A stretch of 64,000 bases of DNA from Nannocystis bainbridge (GCF_028368995.1 NZ_JAQNDL010000001.1:640001-704000), one strand, 5' to 3'. Numbered from the stretch's first letter, positions 40,601 to 50,610 are shown. Program-made: numbers and translations. Notes: a model not told the origin generated them from the letters alone.

Positions 40601-40808
40601 CACCCCGCTCGGGCCGCACCGCTTCGAGCTGTGGCGGGTCCAGCCCGACGCGCGCCCCGAGCGACGCGAGGTCGCGTTCATCCGCGGCGCCGGCGACACG
40701 TGGATCGGCACCGACCCCGGCGAAGCGCCCGCCGGCACCTACGTCACCGTCTCCATCCTCGACCCCGTCGGCCGCCGCAGCGACGCCGCGCTCTCCAACC
40801 AGATCTGA
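37629..40808 (+). CDS. 1059-aa hypothetical protein, probable FN3/Ig-like beta-sandwich repeats
   Basis: AGGAG RBS; FN3-like strand motifs YRLAEGDWFGRWSPW, YTARWFDVLGLVS, YRVLGEGPSGALS, VSILDPVGRRS. Confidence 0.8.
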   Translation: MSSIQAPVWAFHAEAIDGVGDTHLPIGIHVRALPSARLGLPAAPLVVYRAVLDLDKFKHLVHDGGVTWIDSHGEPRTIPFEVTPDNPVYGYFPAPDVFWAELQAEPGDKLDPPKPPPFKDIGELIKGEFKDEKELEHFVATIDPILGDQQQPAGVLRFEALTSTGVGSAPILSRSSERYALAAWTIQRVRVVGKGSVKGIRWLDDAALKKAQMGDQLWQVWSLPVKQKARYIPTANAESEAKDRVHRAGATRLPMYVAHTATAPVTAPSAIPDDAMVRVDQVRSEIDRWLDLVLDDTSVETWQVTDKQDVDGKDGDIRVPVEPFILAGAVDPDVGHFLGFGDVDTKPPAGAGSLVFYRVRGLWRWRAKQWNSAQQQSFAAAVRADSKAVQASFPELTEWGIGPKEKGPFVDLHATAVAFVGTPPELPPAMTFDSAEDRGWLAEPPPPHVRRALRLLASKFRPHAVAALAATDVRGDRTLHAFPKYGRLIVGEPLPPGLPLPLVVSRPIDQGGPGEGRFEERDAPAGAVFYRLAEGDWFGRWSPWRTLLAPAKARTPPMRPVIEIYPEPPTVAEPVQTGPLHGTITLRIPIPRVSELPPGGAHLASLELDETFEGSPTTTVSYILASPAPAVIDTDPPTPDMLRIVRDGPDLPRCGSRKVTYTARWFDVLGLVSPDALPAQRTITDPRPPPPPPVITELRWTARPDAEGHARVDLDFTTTVGTRYRVFASNETLLLKALQQGGHVTARNEILAAEPGAPRAEKFKQYKALFGWDHFEGLTKQPIVATGTTTRFVHRVSGSLEVLVIYRVLGEGPSGALSEMSQADLVPFAVPNLGPPTRPQVAVLNAGLDPTTDGVKLRVKVPRSKAAPKAWRLRRTSTPTRESLAMRIVDTGPVSGAEVDGEGTSFDILAAAPLKPWRIYKFAVEVQADDPPGAPTVGVILPGEWSEASAAATVSAIPPDPPAAASGIVVQNIPGALQITLTHPHADALGGTPLGPHRFELWRVQPDARPERREVAFIRGAGDTWIGTDPGEAPAGTYVTVSILDPVGRRSDAALSNQI

Positions 40809-40815
40809 GGTCCCG

Positions 40816-43800
40816 ATGGCCATCACGCTGAATCCTCCGATCGACAACCTCGGCATCATGGCCCCCGTCCTCGGGCCATGGTTCTCCGCGGCCGACGTCA
40901 ACCTCGGCGTCCCCGACCCCGCGCAGCGGCTCGGGCTGACCGTCGATTTCGCCGCCGACACCGACTGGTTCGCGCCGGCGACCGGCACGCTCAGCCTGTT
41001 CGTCACCGGCGGCGCCACCCCGGCGACCCTCGACGCGCTGCAGGACAGCAGCGGCGCGTTCCCCTTCCCGGCCGGCCGGATCGTCGCCTACTTCCGCCTG
41101 CTGCCCGAGGTCGAGGCCCGGCTGCACGCGCTGGTCGGCCTCGTGCCCGCCGCGACCGCCAACCCCGTCACCGATCCACCGACCGCCGCCGCCGCGCCGA
41201 CCCGCCCGCAGGTCCGCAGCCTGGCGATCGTGCTGCCCGCCGCGACCCCGCTGACGCCCGCCGGCCTCTACCCGTTCTTCGGCGGCGAAGGCGACATCCC
41301 CGGCGGCGACCCGGCCGAGAAGATGGCCGCGATCGGCCTCGCCCTCAATGGCGGCAACCTCGTCAACGCGGCCCTGCCGATGACGTGGTTGCGCCGGCCC
41401 GGCGGCGCCGCGGGCGACCGCGACGTCCTGCTGCAGGACCTCAACGGCGAGGTCCAATTGTGGGCCTTCGATCGCCGCGGCCGCGCCATCGATCCCGGCG
41501 CCGTCGCTTGCTGGTGGTCGTGGTTGCTGGCGACCGCCGTCGGCGACGACCCGGCCACCGGCGACGCCGACATCCAGCTGCTCGCGCCCGACATCGAGGC
41601 CAATGATTATCCGCAGCAGGGCGGCGGACCGGTGGTCGTGCAGTTCGCCGCCCAGCGGACCGCCCACCTCGTCGACGCCCACGAGGGTCCGCTCGCCGCC
41701 CCGTTCCTCGGCGGTCGCCTGCAGGTCGACGGCGCGGTCGCCAACGACGCGCTCGTGCTGGTCGCCGACAACGACGACATCGCCTTGACCTTCGCCGCCC
41801 TGCCCGCGCCGGGCACCCCGCCGACGGCCGACAACCCGCAGGTCGACGACGCCCCGCGGGCCCGCATGGCGGTGCTGCCGACCGGCAACTACGGGACCAC
41901 CGCGACGCTGTGGCCCGGCGGACCGGTGCACGCCGGCCTCACGCGAGACTTCGTGCGCGTGGCCGTGGTCGACGAGGAGCGCCACCTGGTCGGCCTGGCC
42001 CGCCGCGACAGCCGCGAGGACGCCACCACCACCGAGGAGCGCCTGCGGTCGGCCCAGAACCGCCCGAGCACGCGCATCGAGGTCCACCGCACCAGCACCC
42101 CCGACGGCGTGCTGCTGACGCACTCGCAGGCCGCCGCCGACGCCCTGCTCGCGGTGCCCAACACCGACGACCCGTCGCGCCTGGTGCTCGGCCTCGGCGA
42201 TTTCGCGTGGGGCGGGGCCCCGAGCGCCGCGGCCCCGACCCCCGGCGCGGGCCCGCTGCCGACGACCCTCGCCGACAGCGGCGCCGCGGTCCCGACGGCC
42301 GGCCAGTACCGCGTGCGCGCGCTGACCGGCGGCGGCGCGCTGGCCCAGGATCAGCAGACCGTGCTCGTCGAGGTCAACCTCGGCACCGCCTGCGCCGGCG
42401 CGTGGGTGCGGGCCTGGCCGCTCGGCTTCAACCTCGAGGTCGGCCTGCATTTCCGCACCACCGGCGGGGCCGGGCGCGTCAATGCGGCCGGCGTGGCCCA
42501 GTTCACGATGGTGCTGCTCAACGGCACGCTCGGCGCCAGCGGCCTGCTCGGCATGGACACCCTGGTCCTGCTGCCCGACAGCACCGGCGCCGTCGCGGCC
42601 CAGCGCCGCTACGCCGACCGTCGCTTCGCCCGCCCCGCGCCGGTCGGCGGCATCGCGGCGACCACGATCGCCGGCGACTGGGTGGTGTGCGAGACCGGGG
42701 CCACCGGCTCCGGCGCCCTGCCGAACGGCGCGGTGCCCCCGGGCGGCCACGTGGTGCTGCTGACGGCCACGCCGACGATCGTCGATCGCACCGCGATCCC
42801 GGCCGCCGCGTGGGACGCCGACACCTTGCGCAACCGCCTGCAGGCGACCGACATCGTGTCGCTGACGTCGCCCGCGTTCGGCTCGACCCCCGATCGCGCC
42901 GACGTGCTCGGGCGCCCGCTGCCACGCACCCCGACGGCCGGCGGCAACCCGCGCGGCGGCCTCGACACGATCGTCGGCAACCGCCTGCACTACTTCGATC
43001 GCCTGGCCGTCGGCCTGACCTCCGCGTCGTCGACCCCGTACTCGCTGCTCGACCGCCTCGAGGTCGCAGCGGCCACTGTCGGCGACGACGCGGCGACCGC
43101 CGTCATCGGCACCGCGCCGCCGGTTCCGTGGGCGCTCGAGTCGGCCCGCGAGTTCTTCCTCGGTCACCCCGGCGTGCCGGCGGCGATCGAGCTCCACGGC
43201 ACCGGCGTGCGCCTCACCGGCGCGCCGGCGGTCGCGGTCGCCGAGTACGTGCGCGAGCGGACCGCGGGGCTGTCGTTCGCCGAGGTCCAGGCGCTGGTCG
43301 AGCCCGACCGTTCGGCGACGATCCAGAGCGAGCTCGCGGTGGCGGCCGAGGCCGTCACGGCGCTGCCGACGATCGCCGACGGCGCCGATCCGGGCCCGGT
43401 GGTCGCGGTGCTGCGCACCACGGCGCTCGGCATGGAGGGCCGCCCGGGCGTCGGCTACGATGCGGTCGACGACGAGCAGTTCCCCTTCAGCGAGCATGAG
43501 GACGAGCTCGCAGACTGGCTCGACGACAACATCCCGGTCGAGGGCGCCGCCGGCACCGCCCTGCGCGACGCCGTCACCGGCCCCACCGCCTCGATCACCC
43601 GCGCCCTCGACCGCCGGATCCAGACCGCGGCCTCCGGCGCCCGCGAGACCCTCCAGGCCCTGCTCGCGGCGATCGATCGCGCCCAGGACTTCGTCTACGT
43701 CGAGACCCCCGCCGTCGACGCCATGCCCATCGATCACGGCGGCGACAACGTCGAATGGTGGACGCGGCTGGTCGCCCGCATGGGCGCGCGCCCCGGCCTG

Positions 43801-44397
43801 CGCGTGATCCTGTGCGTGCCGAGCCTGCTCGGGCCCGGCACGCCGAAGCGGCTGCAGGAGGTCCGCGACCACTGCCTGCTCACCGCCGTCGACGCCATGC
43901 GGGCCACCCGCGGCGATCGCTTCGCGCTGTTCTCCCCGGGCGCCGGCGCCGACCGGGCCGTGCGGTTCACCAGCACCTCGGTGGTGATCGACGACGCGTT
44001 CGCGCTGACCGGCACGACCCACCTGTGGCGCCGCGGCCTGTCGTGGGACTCGTCGCTGGCGGCCGCGGTGTTCGACGAGCGGGTGATCGACGGCCGCCCG
44101 CAGGATGTCCGCGCGTTCCGGATCCAGCTGCTGGCCGACCGCCTGGGGATCCCGACATCACGCGTGCCCGACGACCCGGCCGAGCTGGTGCGGGCGATCC
44201 GCGAGCTCGACGCCCGCGGCAGCAACCGCCTGTCGGCGATCCCGATCGCGCGCCCGAGCGACACGCCGCAGAACGCCGACATCGACGCGTGGAACGCCGA
44301 CGGCAGCAAGGACGACCTGGACCTCGCCAGCGTCGCGGCCCTGCTGATGGCGTTCATCGCCCTCACCGACGTCGACCACGCGATCGTCGAGGGCTGA
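40816..44397 (+). CDS. 1193-aa protein with a C-terminal degenerate phospholipase D-like domain
   Basis: LLAAIDRAQDFVYVE and FTSTSVVIDDAFALTGTTHLWRRGLSWDSSL follow PLD second-half architecture, but HxK is absent. Confidence 0.8.
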   Translation: MAITLNPPIDNLGIMAPVLGPWFSAADVNLGVPDPAQRLGLTVDFAADTDWFAPATGTLSLFVTGGATPATLDALQDSSGAFPFPAGRIVAYFRLLPEVEARLHALVGLVPAATANPVTDPPTAAAAPTRPQVRSLAIVLPAATPLTPAGLYPFFGGEGDIPGGDPAEKMAAIGLALNGGNLVNAALPMTWLRRPGGAAGDRDVLLQDLNGEVQLWAFDRRGRAIDPGAVACWWSWLLATAVGDDPATGDADIQLLAPDIEANDYPQQGGGPVVVQFAAQRTAHLVDAHEGPLAAPFLGGRLQVDGAVANDALVLVADNDDIALTFAALPAPGTPPTADNPQVDDAPRARMAVLPTGNYGTTATLWPGGPVHAGLTRDFVRVAVVDEERHLVGLARRDSREDATTTEERLRSAQNRPSTRIEVHRTSTPDGVLLTHSQAAADALLAVPNTDDPSRLVLGLGDFAWGGAPSAAAPTPGAGPLPTTLADSGAAVPTAGQYRVRALTGGGALAQDQQTVLVEVNLGTACAGAWVRAWPLGFNLEVGLHFRTTGGAGRVNAAGVAQFTMVLLNGTLGASGLLGMDTLVLLPDSTGAVAAQRRYADRRFARPAPVGGIAATTIAGDWVVCETGATGSGALPNGAVPPGGHVVLLTATPTIVDRTAIPAAAWDADTLRNRLQATDIVSLTSPAFGSTPDRADVLGRPLPRTPTAGGNPRGGLDTIVGNRLHYFDRLAVGLTSASSTPYSLLDRLEVAAATVGDDAATAVIGTAPPVPWALESAREFFLGHPGVPAAIELHGTGVRLTGAPAVAVAEYVRERTAGLSFAEVQALVEPDRSATIQSELAVAAEAVTALPTIADGADPGPVVAVLRTTALGMEGRPGVGYDAVDDEQFPFSEHEDELADWLDDNIPVEGAAGTALRDAVTGPTASITRALDRRIQTAASGARETLQALLAAIDRAQDFVYVETPAVDAMPIDHGGDNVEWWTRLVARMGARPGLRVILCVPSLLGPGTPKRLQEVRDHCLLTAVDAMRATRGDRFALFSPGAGADRAVRFTSTSVVIDDAFALTGTTHLWRRGLSWDSSLAAAVFDERVIDGRPQDVRAFRIQLLADRLGIPTSRVPDDPAELVRAIRELDARGSNRLSAIPIARPSDTPQNADIDAWNADGSKDDLDLASVAALLMAFIALTDVDHAIVEG

Positions 44398-44783
44398 TAC
44401 GCGGAGCTCCGGGCGAGGCCTGACCGAAAGGACAGGTCTCGCCCCGCGCCGTCACGACTCGCACTCGAGCTCCGCCTCGAAGCGGCGAGTCGACATGGGC
44501 AGAACGTCTACTACGACCGCGCCTCCCGCCTCTCGGTGACCCACGGTCGGTCCCGCCCGGACATGCGCGCCGGCAGCCTGCCGTTCACGCCTGAGCCGGC
44601 ACCTGCGCAGGCGCCCCTGCGCGCATGTCCGCGTGCGAGTCCGAAGTGAGCCTCGATCCCGACCCCACGCCGCCCGTTCGCGCGCGGCGCAGGCCCGGTT
44701 CCGAGCCGATCCTGCGGCGAGCACCGCACGTTGATCGCCGCCGACCGCGAATGTAAAGATCGTCGGCGACGGAGGGTAGAGGG

Positions 44784-45215
44784 GTGAGTACATCGAGTGT
44801 GGCATCCAAGGCGCAGAGCGACAGCGGCTACAGCGCGGACTCGTGGATCGACGTTCGGCTCGAGCCGATGACCAAGCTGTGGCAGGGCATCGGCGGGGAG
44901 AGCAACTTCTTCCTCAGCGAGAACGACGCCCGCGAGGCGCGGGGGGCTTACCAGGACGCGCGCGGCTACAAGTTCGCCGAGACGCTGTGGCGGCTGGCCC
45001 AGGTCCAGCCCAACGCCGTGCACGGCTATCGCCTCGGGATCCGCGAATTCGTGGTCGACCTGCCGACCCCGGCCGCCTGTGCGGTCTGCGTCGCCAACAC
45101 CAACCTGGGCAGCGGCGGCGTCTTCCAGTACTACATCGTCGACTGGAAGAACTACCTGTTCGAGACCGGTCGTCACTTCCACTTCGGCAGCGCGAGCTGG
45201 CGCGGCACGATCTGA
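44784..45215 (+). CDS. Hypothetical protein, possible toxin-like domain
   Basis: 143 aa with GGAGG RBS; AQVQP..GYR..ANTNLGSGGVFQYYI motif. Confidence 0.7.
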   Translation: MSTSSVASKAQSDSGYSADSWIDVRLEPMTKLWQGIGGESNFFLSENDAREARGAYQDARGYKFAETLWRLAQVQPNAVHGYRLGIREFVVDLPTPAACAVCVANTNLGSGGVFQYYIVDWKNYLFETGRHFHFGSASWRGTI

Positions 45216-45468
45216 CGCCAGCGCTCGCGCCATCGGAGCAGGGCGCGTCGCTCCGGCGCGAGCATCCGGGCGCGCGCCGCATCGCCGGCGTGCGCACCCT
45301 GACGCGGCACGTGCGGCGCATCGCGGCGCGTCGCTCCCATGCGAGCATCCGGGCCCGCGCCGCGTCGCCGACCTGCACGACCTGGCGCATCGCGGCGACC
45401 GCTCGAGCGCGCGACGGCGAGGCGCCGTCGACACGCATCGAGCTCCATGAGACTCGCTCTGCCGCGAC

Positions 45469-46569
45469 TCAGGGCGAGAAGCCGCAGCCGTCAAGGTTGT
45501 CGTAGAGCGCCATGCTGCCCTTGAAGCCGTTCGCCTTCATCAGCGCGTGCGCCATCTCGGCGTTGCCGCACCACAGCTTCTTGTTGTGGCCGAAGTACGC
45601 CGTGCTCTTCGGCAGGAACGCCGCCACGTCGAGGACGTCGACCAGCTCGCCGTTGTATTCGAAGCGGATCTCGCCGTCGATGGTCGCCGCGCCGAGCCCC
45701 ACGAGCGACTCGATCCCGTTGCCGGAGACCTTCACGCTGCCGCCGACGAAGCTCAGCGCCCCGAGCCCTTGCAGATCTTTTAATGAAGGGTGGCCGATCA
45801 GCTCGAAGCGGCCGAACCCCTGCGGCGTGGCCCCGATCGAGGTCAACTTGGCGAGCGCGTGCAGGCTCGCCAGCGGCGCGTTGGCCTCGATGACGAGCTG
45901 ACCGCCGACCTCCTCGAGGCTGTCCAGGCCGTCGAGGCTCGCAAGCGCCGTTTGCACGATCTCGAGATCGCCGCCGACCCGCCGCAAGCACTGCAGCCCG
46001 GCCAGGCTCGTCAAGCCGGGCGCGTGGATCGTCAGGTCGCCCGTGATCTCCCCGTAGGCCGCGAGCGCCGCGACGTCGAGCGAGTTCTCGATCGAGAACG
46101 ATCCGCCCAGCACCTCGAGGTCGGGCGCGCAGTCGATCGGTTCGCCGGTCGAGCCCTCACCCGTCGAGCTGTCCTCGCTCGTCGAGCCCGTCGTGCTGTC
46201 CTCGCCCGTCGAGCTCTCGCCCGTCGCGCTCTCGCTCGTCTCCCCCGTCGAGCTCACCTCGCTCGTCGAGCTCTCGCTCGTCTCCCCGCTCGAGCTGCCC
46301 TCGCTCGTCTCGCCGCCCGAGCTGCCCTCGCTCGATTCGGAGTCCGGCGTGAGCGGGGCGGTCGACTCCTCGGTGGTCGAGGTCGTCGGCCCGGTGGCGT
46401 CGGAGCCCTGCGAGCTCGTGCTCGCGTCAGTCGCCTCCGTGGACGCCGTCTCGGTCCCGGTCCCGCTCTCGCCGGGGCAGGCCGCGAAAAGACTCAAGCC
46501 GGCGGTCAGCACGAGCGAGTCGAGCGCGAGGGCGCGGTGCGACGATGACGATAGGGTCAGCCTGGTCAT
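45469..46569 (-). CDS. Lipoprotein with S/T/E-rich stalk and receptor-L/LRR-like domain
   Basis: Lipobox FAAC; repeats LTSLAGLQCLRRVGGDLEI and LASLDGLDSLEEVGGQLVI. Confidence 0.85.
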   Translation of the reverse strand: MTRLTLSSSSHRALALDSLVLTAGLSLFAACPGESGTGTETASTEATDASTSSQGSDATGPTTSTTEESTAPLTPDSESSEGSSGGETSEGSSSGETSESSTSEVSSTGETSESATGESSTGEDSTTGSTSEDSSTGEGSTGEPIDCAPDLEVLGGSFSIENSLDVAALAAYGEITGDLTIHAPGLTSLAGLQCLRRVGGDLEIVQTALASLDGLDSLEEVGGQLVIEANAPLASLHALAKLTSIGATPQGFGRFELIGHPSLKDLQGLGALSFVGGSVKVSGNGIESLVGLGAATIDGEIRFEYNGELVDVLDVAAFLPKSTAYFGHNKKLWCGNAEMAHALMKANGFKGSMALYDNLDGCGFSP

Positions 46570-46972
46570 AGGATTCTCCTGAGCGCGGAAATAGTGGGTG
46601 CGGCGGCGCCTCGCTCGAGGCGACCGCGCGCGGCCGGTGGGTTTTAAAAAGTAAGTCGCCGCCTCCCGGCCGTTCCGTCACGGCCGCGCCGGAGCCGGCC
46701 AAAACGGCGCCACAGCCCGCAGGAGCCCCCCCTGCGACGTCAAGCGGGCCAGGACCGCCGCGCCGCGGGTCCGAACCGAGACGGATGCCACCTGCATCCG
46801 TCGCTCCCGCAATGACGCGAACTCGGCGGGTGGCTGCACGCCGCGGCCGCTGCCAGCAATGGCGCGACGGCTCGCGGCCCGGGCGACGCACCCCGCACGC
46901 GGTGGATCGGCCGCCCGCGCTTCAACTTTGCCCGGCGCCCTGCTATGCAGGCGCGATGCTCGGAGGCCTCCG

Positions 46973-48364
46973 GTGAGCTACAGCGGCGCCCAGGTGTACT
47001 TGCCTCGCGGCCCCACCGCGGCCGCGATCGCCAGGTGGCTCGCGGAGCGGCTGCCGGACGCCGAGGTCGAGCGCTCCAGCAGCCGGATCGTGCTGCGCCT
47101 GCTGGGCGCCGAGCTCGCGCTGGCGATCGACCGCGCGCCGCACGTGCGGGTGGAGGCGCAGGAGCTCGCGGAGCGGGCACCCGCGGGCGCCGCCAGGCTG
47201 CTGCGCCGCGCGACGCGACGGATCGAGATTTTGCCCCGCGATCCCCGGGCCGACGTCGACGACCTTTACGACGCGTTGCTGCTCGTCTTCGAGACCCTGC
47301 GCGGCATGCCGGAGGTCGTCGGCTTCGACCCGTTCGACGGCGCGTTTTATTGCGCCGACGCGCTCGCTACCGGCGCGGAGCCCATGATCGTGTATCGCGT
47401 CGCCGACCTGCCCGAGGGCCTCGCGCTGGACCTGCCGGCGGACGCAGGACCTCGCGGGTGCTTGTTCTGGATCCACCCGCCCGGCGGCGCCGCGTGCGAG
47501 GCCTTGATGGCGGCGCTGCCCGAGCCGGAGCTCGATCATGTCGACGAGGGCCTGGCGCTCGCCACCCTCGTCATGAGGCTCGGCGGCCGCGGGGGCCGCC
47601 TCGCGGCGATCGTGCCGCCCAGGCTCACCGACGGCGAACCGACGTGGGGCCTCGGCTTCCACACCGGACCCGCCGACGTCACCGAGCAGTTCCTGCGGGC
47701 CGCCGGCCACGACCTGCGCCCGGCCTCGCAGATCCTCGACGGGCTCGCCATCGTCGAGGTGCGGGCCGCCGACGACTCGCCGTGCTCGCAGCTCGTCGAA
47801 CGCACCGTGTGCGACGGCCGATTGCGCCTCGGTGTGCTCCGCACGGCCGGCCGCGGGCTGTTCACCGTCGAGGGGCCGGCGCAGCGCTGGGCGCTGCTCG
47901 ACCGCGAGCGCCGCGAAATGATCGAGCGCGAACTGCCGCCCGCGGGCGTCGTGACGGACATCAAGCTGCGCCCGGTCGCCCCGCGCCGGGCAGCGCGGAC
48001 CCGCGACGCGCTGGAGCGTCTGTGCCGCGAGCACGACCTCGCCGCGCCGGAGCCGGAGATCGGCGCCACAGTGCTGCGCCTGCTGCCGCACGCGGTGCTC
48101 ACCGCGGGCAGCTGGGACGGCCCCGCGGCGGACATCAAGGCCCTCGCCCGTCGCAAGCTCGGCGGCGAGTGGCTGGCGGTGATCGCCGGCGCGTGGGTCG
48201 AGCGGATGTTCCACGACGGCCCCGTCGCGGCGAACCACATCGATCTGTTCACCGCGATCGACGGTTGGCTCGAGCAGGCGATCGGCCGCGAGGCGCTCCG
48301 CGAGGCGACCGTTCGCGCCCTCGAGCGCATCGATCACAGACCACCGGCGCGGGCCAGGACCTGA
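46973..48364 (+). CDS. Hypothetical protein
   Basis: GTG start after GGAGG; consistent coding bias. Confidence 0.65.
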   Translation: MSYSGAQVYLPRGPTAAAIARWLAERLPDAEVERSSSRIVLRLLGAELALAIDRAPHVRVEAQELAERAPAGAARLLRRATRRIEILPRDPRADVDDLYDALLLVFETLRGMPEVVGFDPFDGAFYCADALATGAEPMIVYRVADLPEGLALDLPADAGPRGCLFWIHPPGGAACEALMAALPEPELDHVDEGLALATLVMRLGGRGGRLAAIVPPRLTDGEPTWGLGFHTGPADVTEQFLRAAGHDLRPASQILDGLAIVEVRAADDSPCSQLVERTVCDGRLRLGVLRTAGRGLFTVEGPAQRWALLDRERREMIERELPPAGVVTDIKLRPVAPRRAARTRDALERLCREHDLAAPEPEIGATVLRLLPHAVLTAGSWDGPAADIKALARRKLGGEWLAVIAGAWVERMFHDGPVAANHIDLFTAIDGWLEQAIGREALREATVRALERIDHRPPARART

Positions 48365-48437
48365 AGGCCCGCGCCGTCGCGCCTCCCATGGCGCGACGCG
48401 ATCGGTCGTCGAAGCCCACGTGCGCCGCCGCCGAAGG

Positions 48438-50417
48438 TCAGCCGGGCACCGGCAGCGTCACCTCGTTGATCTTCGAGATGTCGCTGCCGGCCGGATAGCC
48501 GTACGACGCCGCCGAATCGGTGCCCCAGACCACCACCCCGAACGGCCCGTCGCTCTCGGCCAGGTGGCGGCTCGTGCCGCAGCCCGCGGCCGGGACGTTG
48601 CCGCGCTCGAGATCGACGTGGGCCACCTCGAACTCCCCCTGCCCGCCGACCGGCATCCAGCCGCCGACAGTGCCGAGGCACTCGACTTTCACGTCGGCGA
48701 ACACGCCGCCCTCGCTGGCGCGCACGATCACGAGGTTGGTCGTCGCATAGGTCGGATCGGTGAAGAAGATGTAGCGGTTCTGGAACTGCCTGGCGCTGAG
48801 CAGGCTGACCCACTCCTCGTCGCCGAGGCCGCACGACTGGTTGGGCGAGCAGCCCGGGCGCGTCACCCCGCCGGTGCCGCTCATGTACTGCGAGAACAGG
48901 AACGGGTGCTCGGGGTCCTGCGAGCGCACCGAGAAGAAGCTGGTGGTCTCGAACTGCACCACCTGCCCGGCCGCCAGCGCCGTGGGGGCCCCGGGCGGCG
49001 CCGACGGGTCCCACGTGAGGGCCGTATCGTCGACCACGCCCACCATGCGATAGGGGACGCTCTCGGGCGCCAGATCGATCAGGCGCGTCACGACGCCGGC
49101 GCCGACGTAAGCGTTGCCCAGCGCCCGGACCGGCGCGATCTGCTGGTGGGCCGAATCACGCCCGCCCGGCCCCAGCGTCGCGCTTGCGACCGCGATATAC
49201 GTGTTGCCCGTCCACAGGCCGATCGGCTTGTCGCTGTCGAGGATCGTCCCGCTCGAATCGAGGTTGTTGCCCTGCTTCGACCATTGAAGGATCTGGCCGG
49301 CGCTCAGCGTGTACTCGGTGGTCACCCCGGCGGGCGCCTCCGCCTGGCCGCCGCCGCCCGGCAGCGTCACCGTCGGCGCGACCTTGACGACCGTGTCGTC
49401 CTCGCGCGCGACCACCATCGTGAACATCCCGCCCTCGCCCGGGGCCGGGGTGATCGACATGTGATTGGTCCCCCACGAGGTCGCCGGGAACAGCAGCGAC
49501 GCGCTCGGCAGGTAGCTGGCCGCGCCGCCGTACGGGTTGATGTCGTAGGCGCTGACCGGGACATCGGTCGTGACGTGGAACGCCTCGCCGACGCCGGTGC
49601 CGGGCACCGCGGTGTCCTGCAGCAGCGCCGGCGGGACCGGGCACTCGAGCGAGGTGCCGTTCTTCACACCTGGCTTGTGGGACAGGAACAGGATCGCGAC
49701 CTCGTCCGGCGGCAAGCCCTCGGGCGGCAGCAGCTCGTAGGTCGTGACGGCGCCGTCGGACTTGGGGATCCGCGCGTGCTGGGTGATGTCGAACGATTGC
49801 CCGCCGCGGCTGACGGTGATGTGGGCCGGGCCGCTCCACGCATTGGCGAGGAACACGGCGAAGCACGGACCGTCGAAGTACTGGCCCAGGCCGTTGGCGT
49901 AAAACGGCGGCGTCGGGGCCCAGAAGTCGCAGCCCGCCGTGCCCTGGAGCGCGCCGAACACGTCGCACACCGGCTGGCACGCGCCGTCGAGGCAGGCCTC
50001 GTCGCTGCCGCAGGTCTCGACGACCGCGTCGAACGGGTCGAGCACGTCGTGTAGGTCGCCCGAGCAATGCAGCACGAGCGGCCCGCCGGTCGTGCCCTCG
50101 CTGGTGCCCTCGCTGGTGCCCGGCGCGGTCGAGGTCCCGGTCGGCTCGCCCGTGGTGGTCGTGCCCGGCTCGGTGGTCGCTGCGGCCTGCGTCTCGCTGC
50201 CCGAGACCGGGTCTTCGGTGGTCGAGCCGGTGGTGGTCGGGGCGTCCGCGGTGGTGCTCGTGCCCTGCGTGGTGACGCCCGAGACAGAGGCCTGGGTCGC
50301 GCCGGACAGCTCGCCCCCGTCATCGCCGCAGGCGAGCACGAACAGCGGCAACAGGGCCCACAGACGGCTCAAAGCGGCGACGTGGACCGTGACGGAGGAC
50401 TGGTTGATTTTGCGCAT
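48438..50417 (-). CDS. Lipoprotein with IgGFc-binding-protein N-terminal-like domain
   Basis: Lipobox VLAC; Thr-rich stalk; SASLLFPATSWG, SDKPIGL, HQQIAP, GTDSAASYGYPAG motifs. Confidence 0.85.
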   Translation of the reverse strand: MRKINQSSVTVHVAALSRLWALLPLFVLACGDDGGELSGATQASVSGVTTQGTSTTADAPTTTGSTTEDPVSGSETQAAATTEPGTTTTGEPTGTSTAPGTSEGTSEGTTGGPLVLHCSGDLHDVLDPFDAVVETCGSDEACLDGACQPVCDVFGALQGTAGCDFWAPTPPFYANGLGQYFDGPCFAVFLANAWSGPAHITVSRGGQSFDITQHARIPKSDGAVTTYELLPPEGLPPDEVAILFLSHKPGVKNGTSLECPVPPALLQDTAVPGTGVGEAFHVTTDVPVSAYDINPYGGAASYLPSASLLFPATSWGTNHMSITPAPGEGGMFTMVVAREDDTVVKVAPTVTLPGGGGQAEAPAGVTTEYTLSAGQILQWSKQGNNLDSSGTILDSDKPIGLWTGNTYIAVASATLGPGGRDSAHQQIAPVRALGNAYVGAGVVTRLIDLAPESVPYRMVGVVDDTALTWDPSAPPGAPTALAAGQVVQFETTSFFSVRSQDPEHPFLFSQYMSGTGGVTRPGCSPNQSCGLGDEEWVSLLSARQFQNRYIFFTDPTYATTNLVIVRASEGGVFADVKVECLGTVGGWMPVGGQGEFEVAHVDLERGNVPAAGCGTSRHLAESDGPFGVVVWGTDSAASYGYPAGSDISKINEVTLPVPG

Positions 50418-50610
50418 CGCGTCGACTCGTGGCGTCGAGGATGCCACCCCGCGCCAGCGCGAGGCTCGCGTGCCCCGGATCCGCGGCGCAACGGTTCGCA
50501 CGCGCGGGCGCGACCGCTCGGCCGCGCCCCGAGAGCGCGTGCGAGCGCACGCGGCCTGGCGCCGCGTCCACCCGCGAGCGCCTCCGCCTGAGCCCGGCTC
50601 TCTCCGCGCG

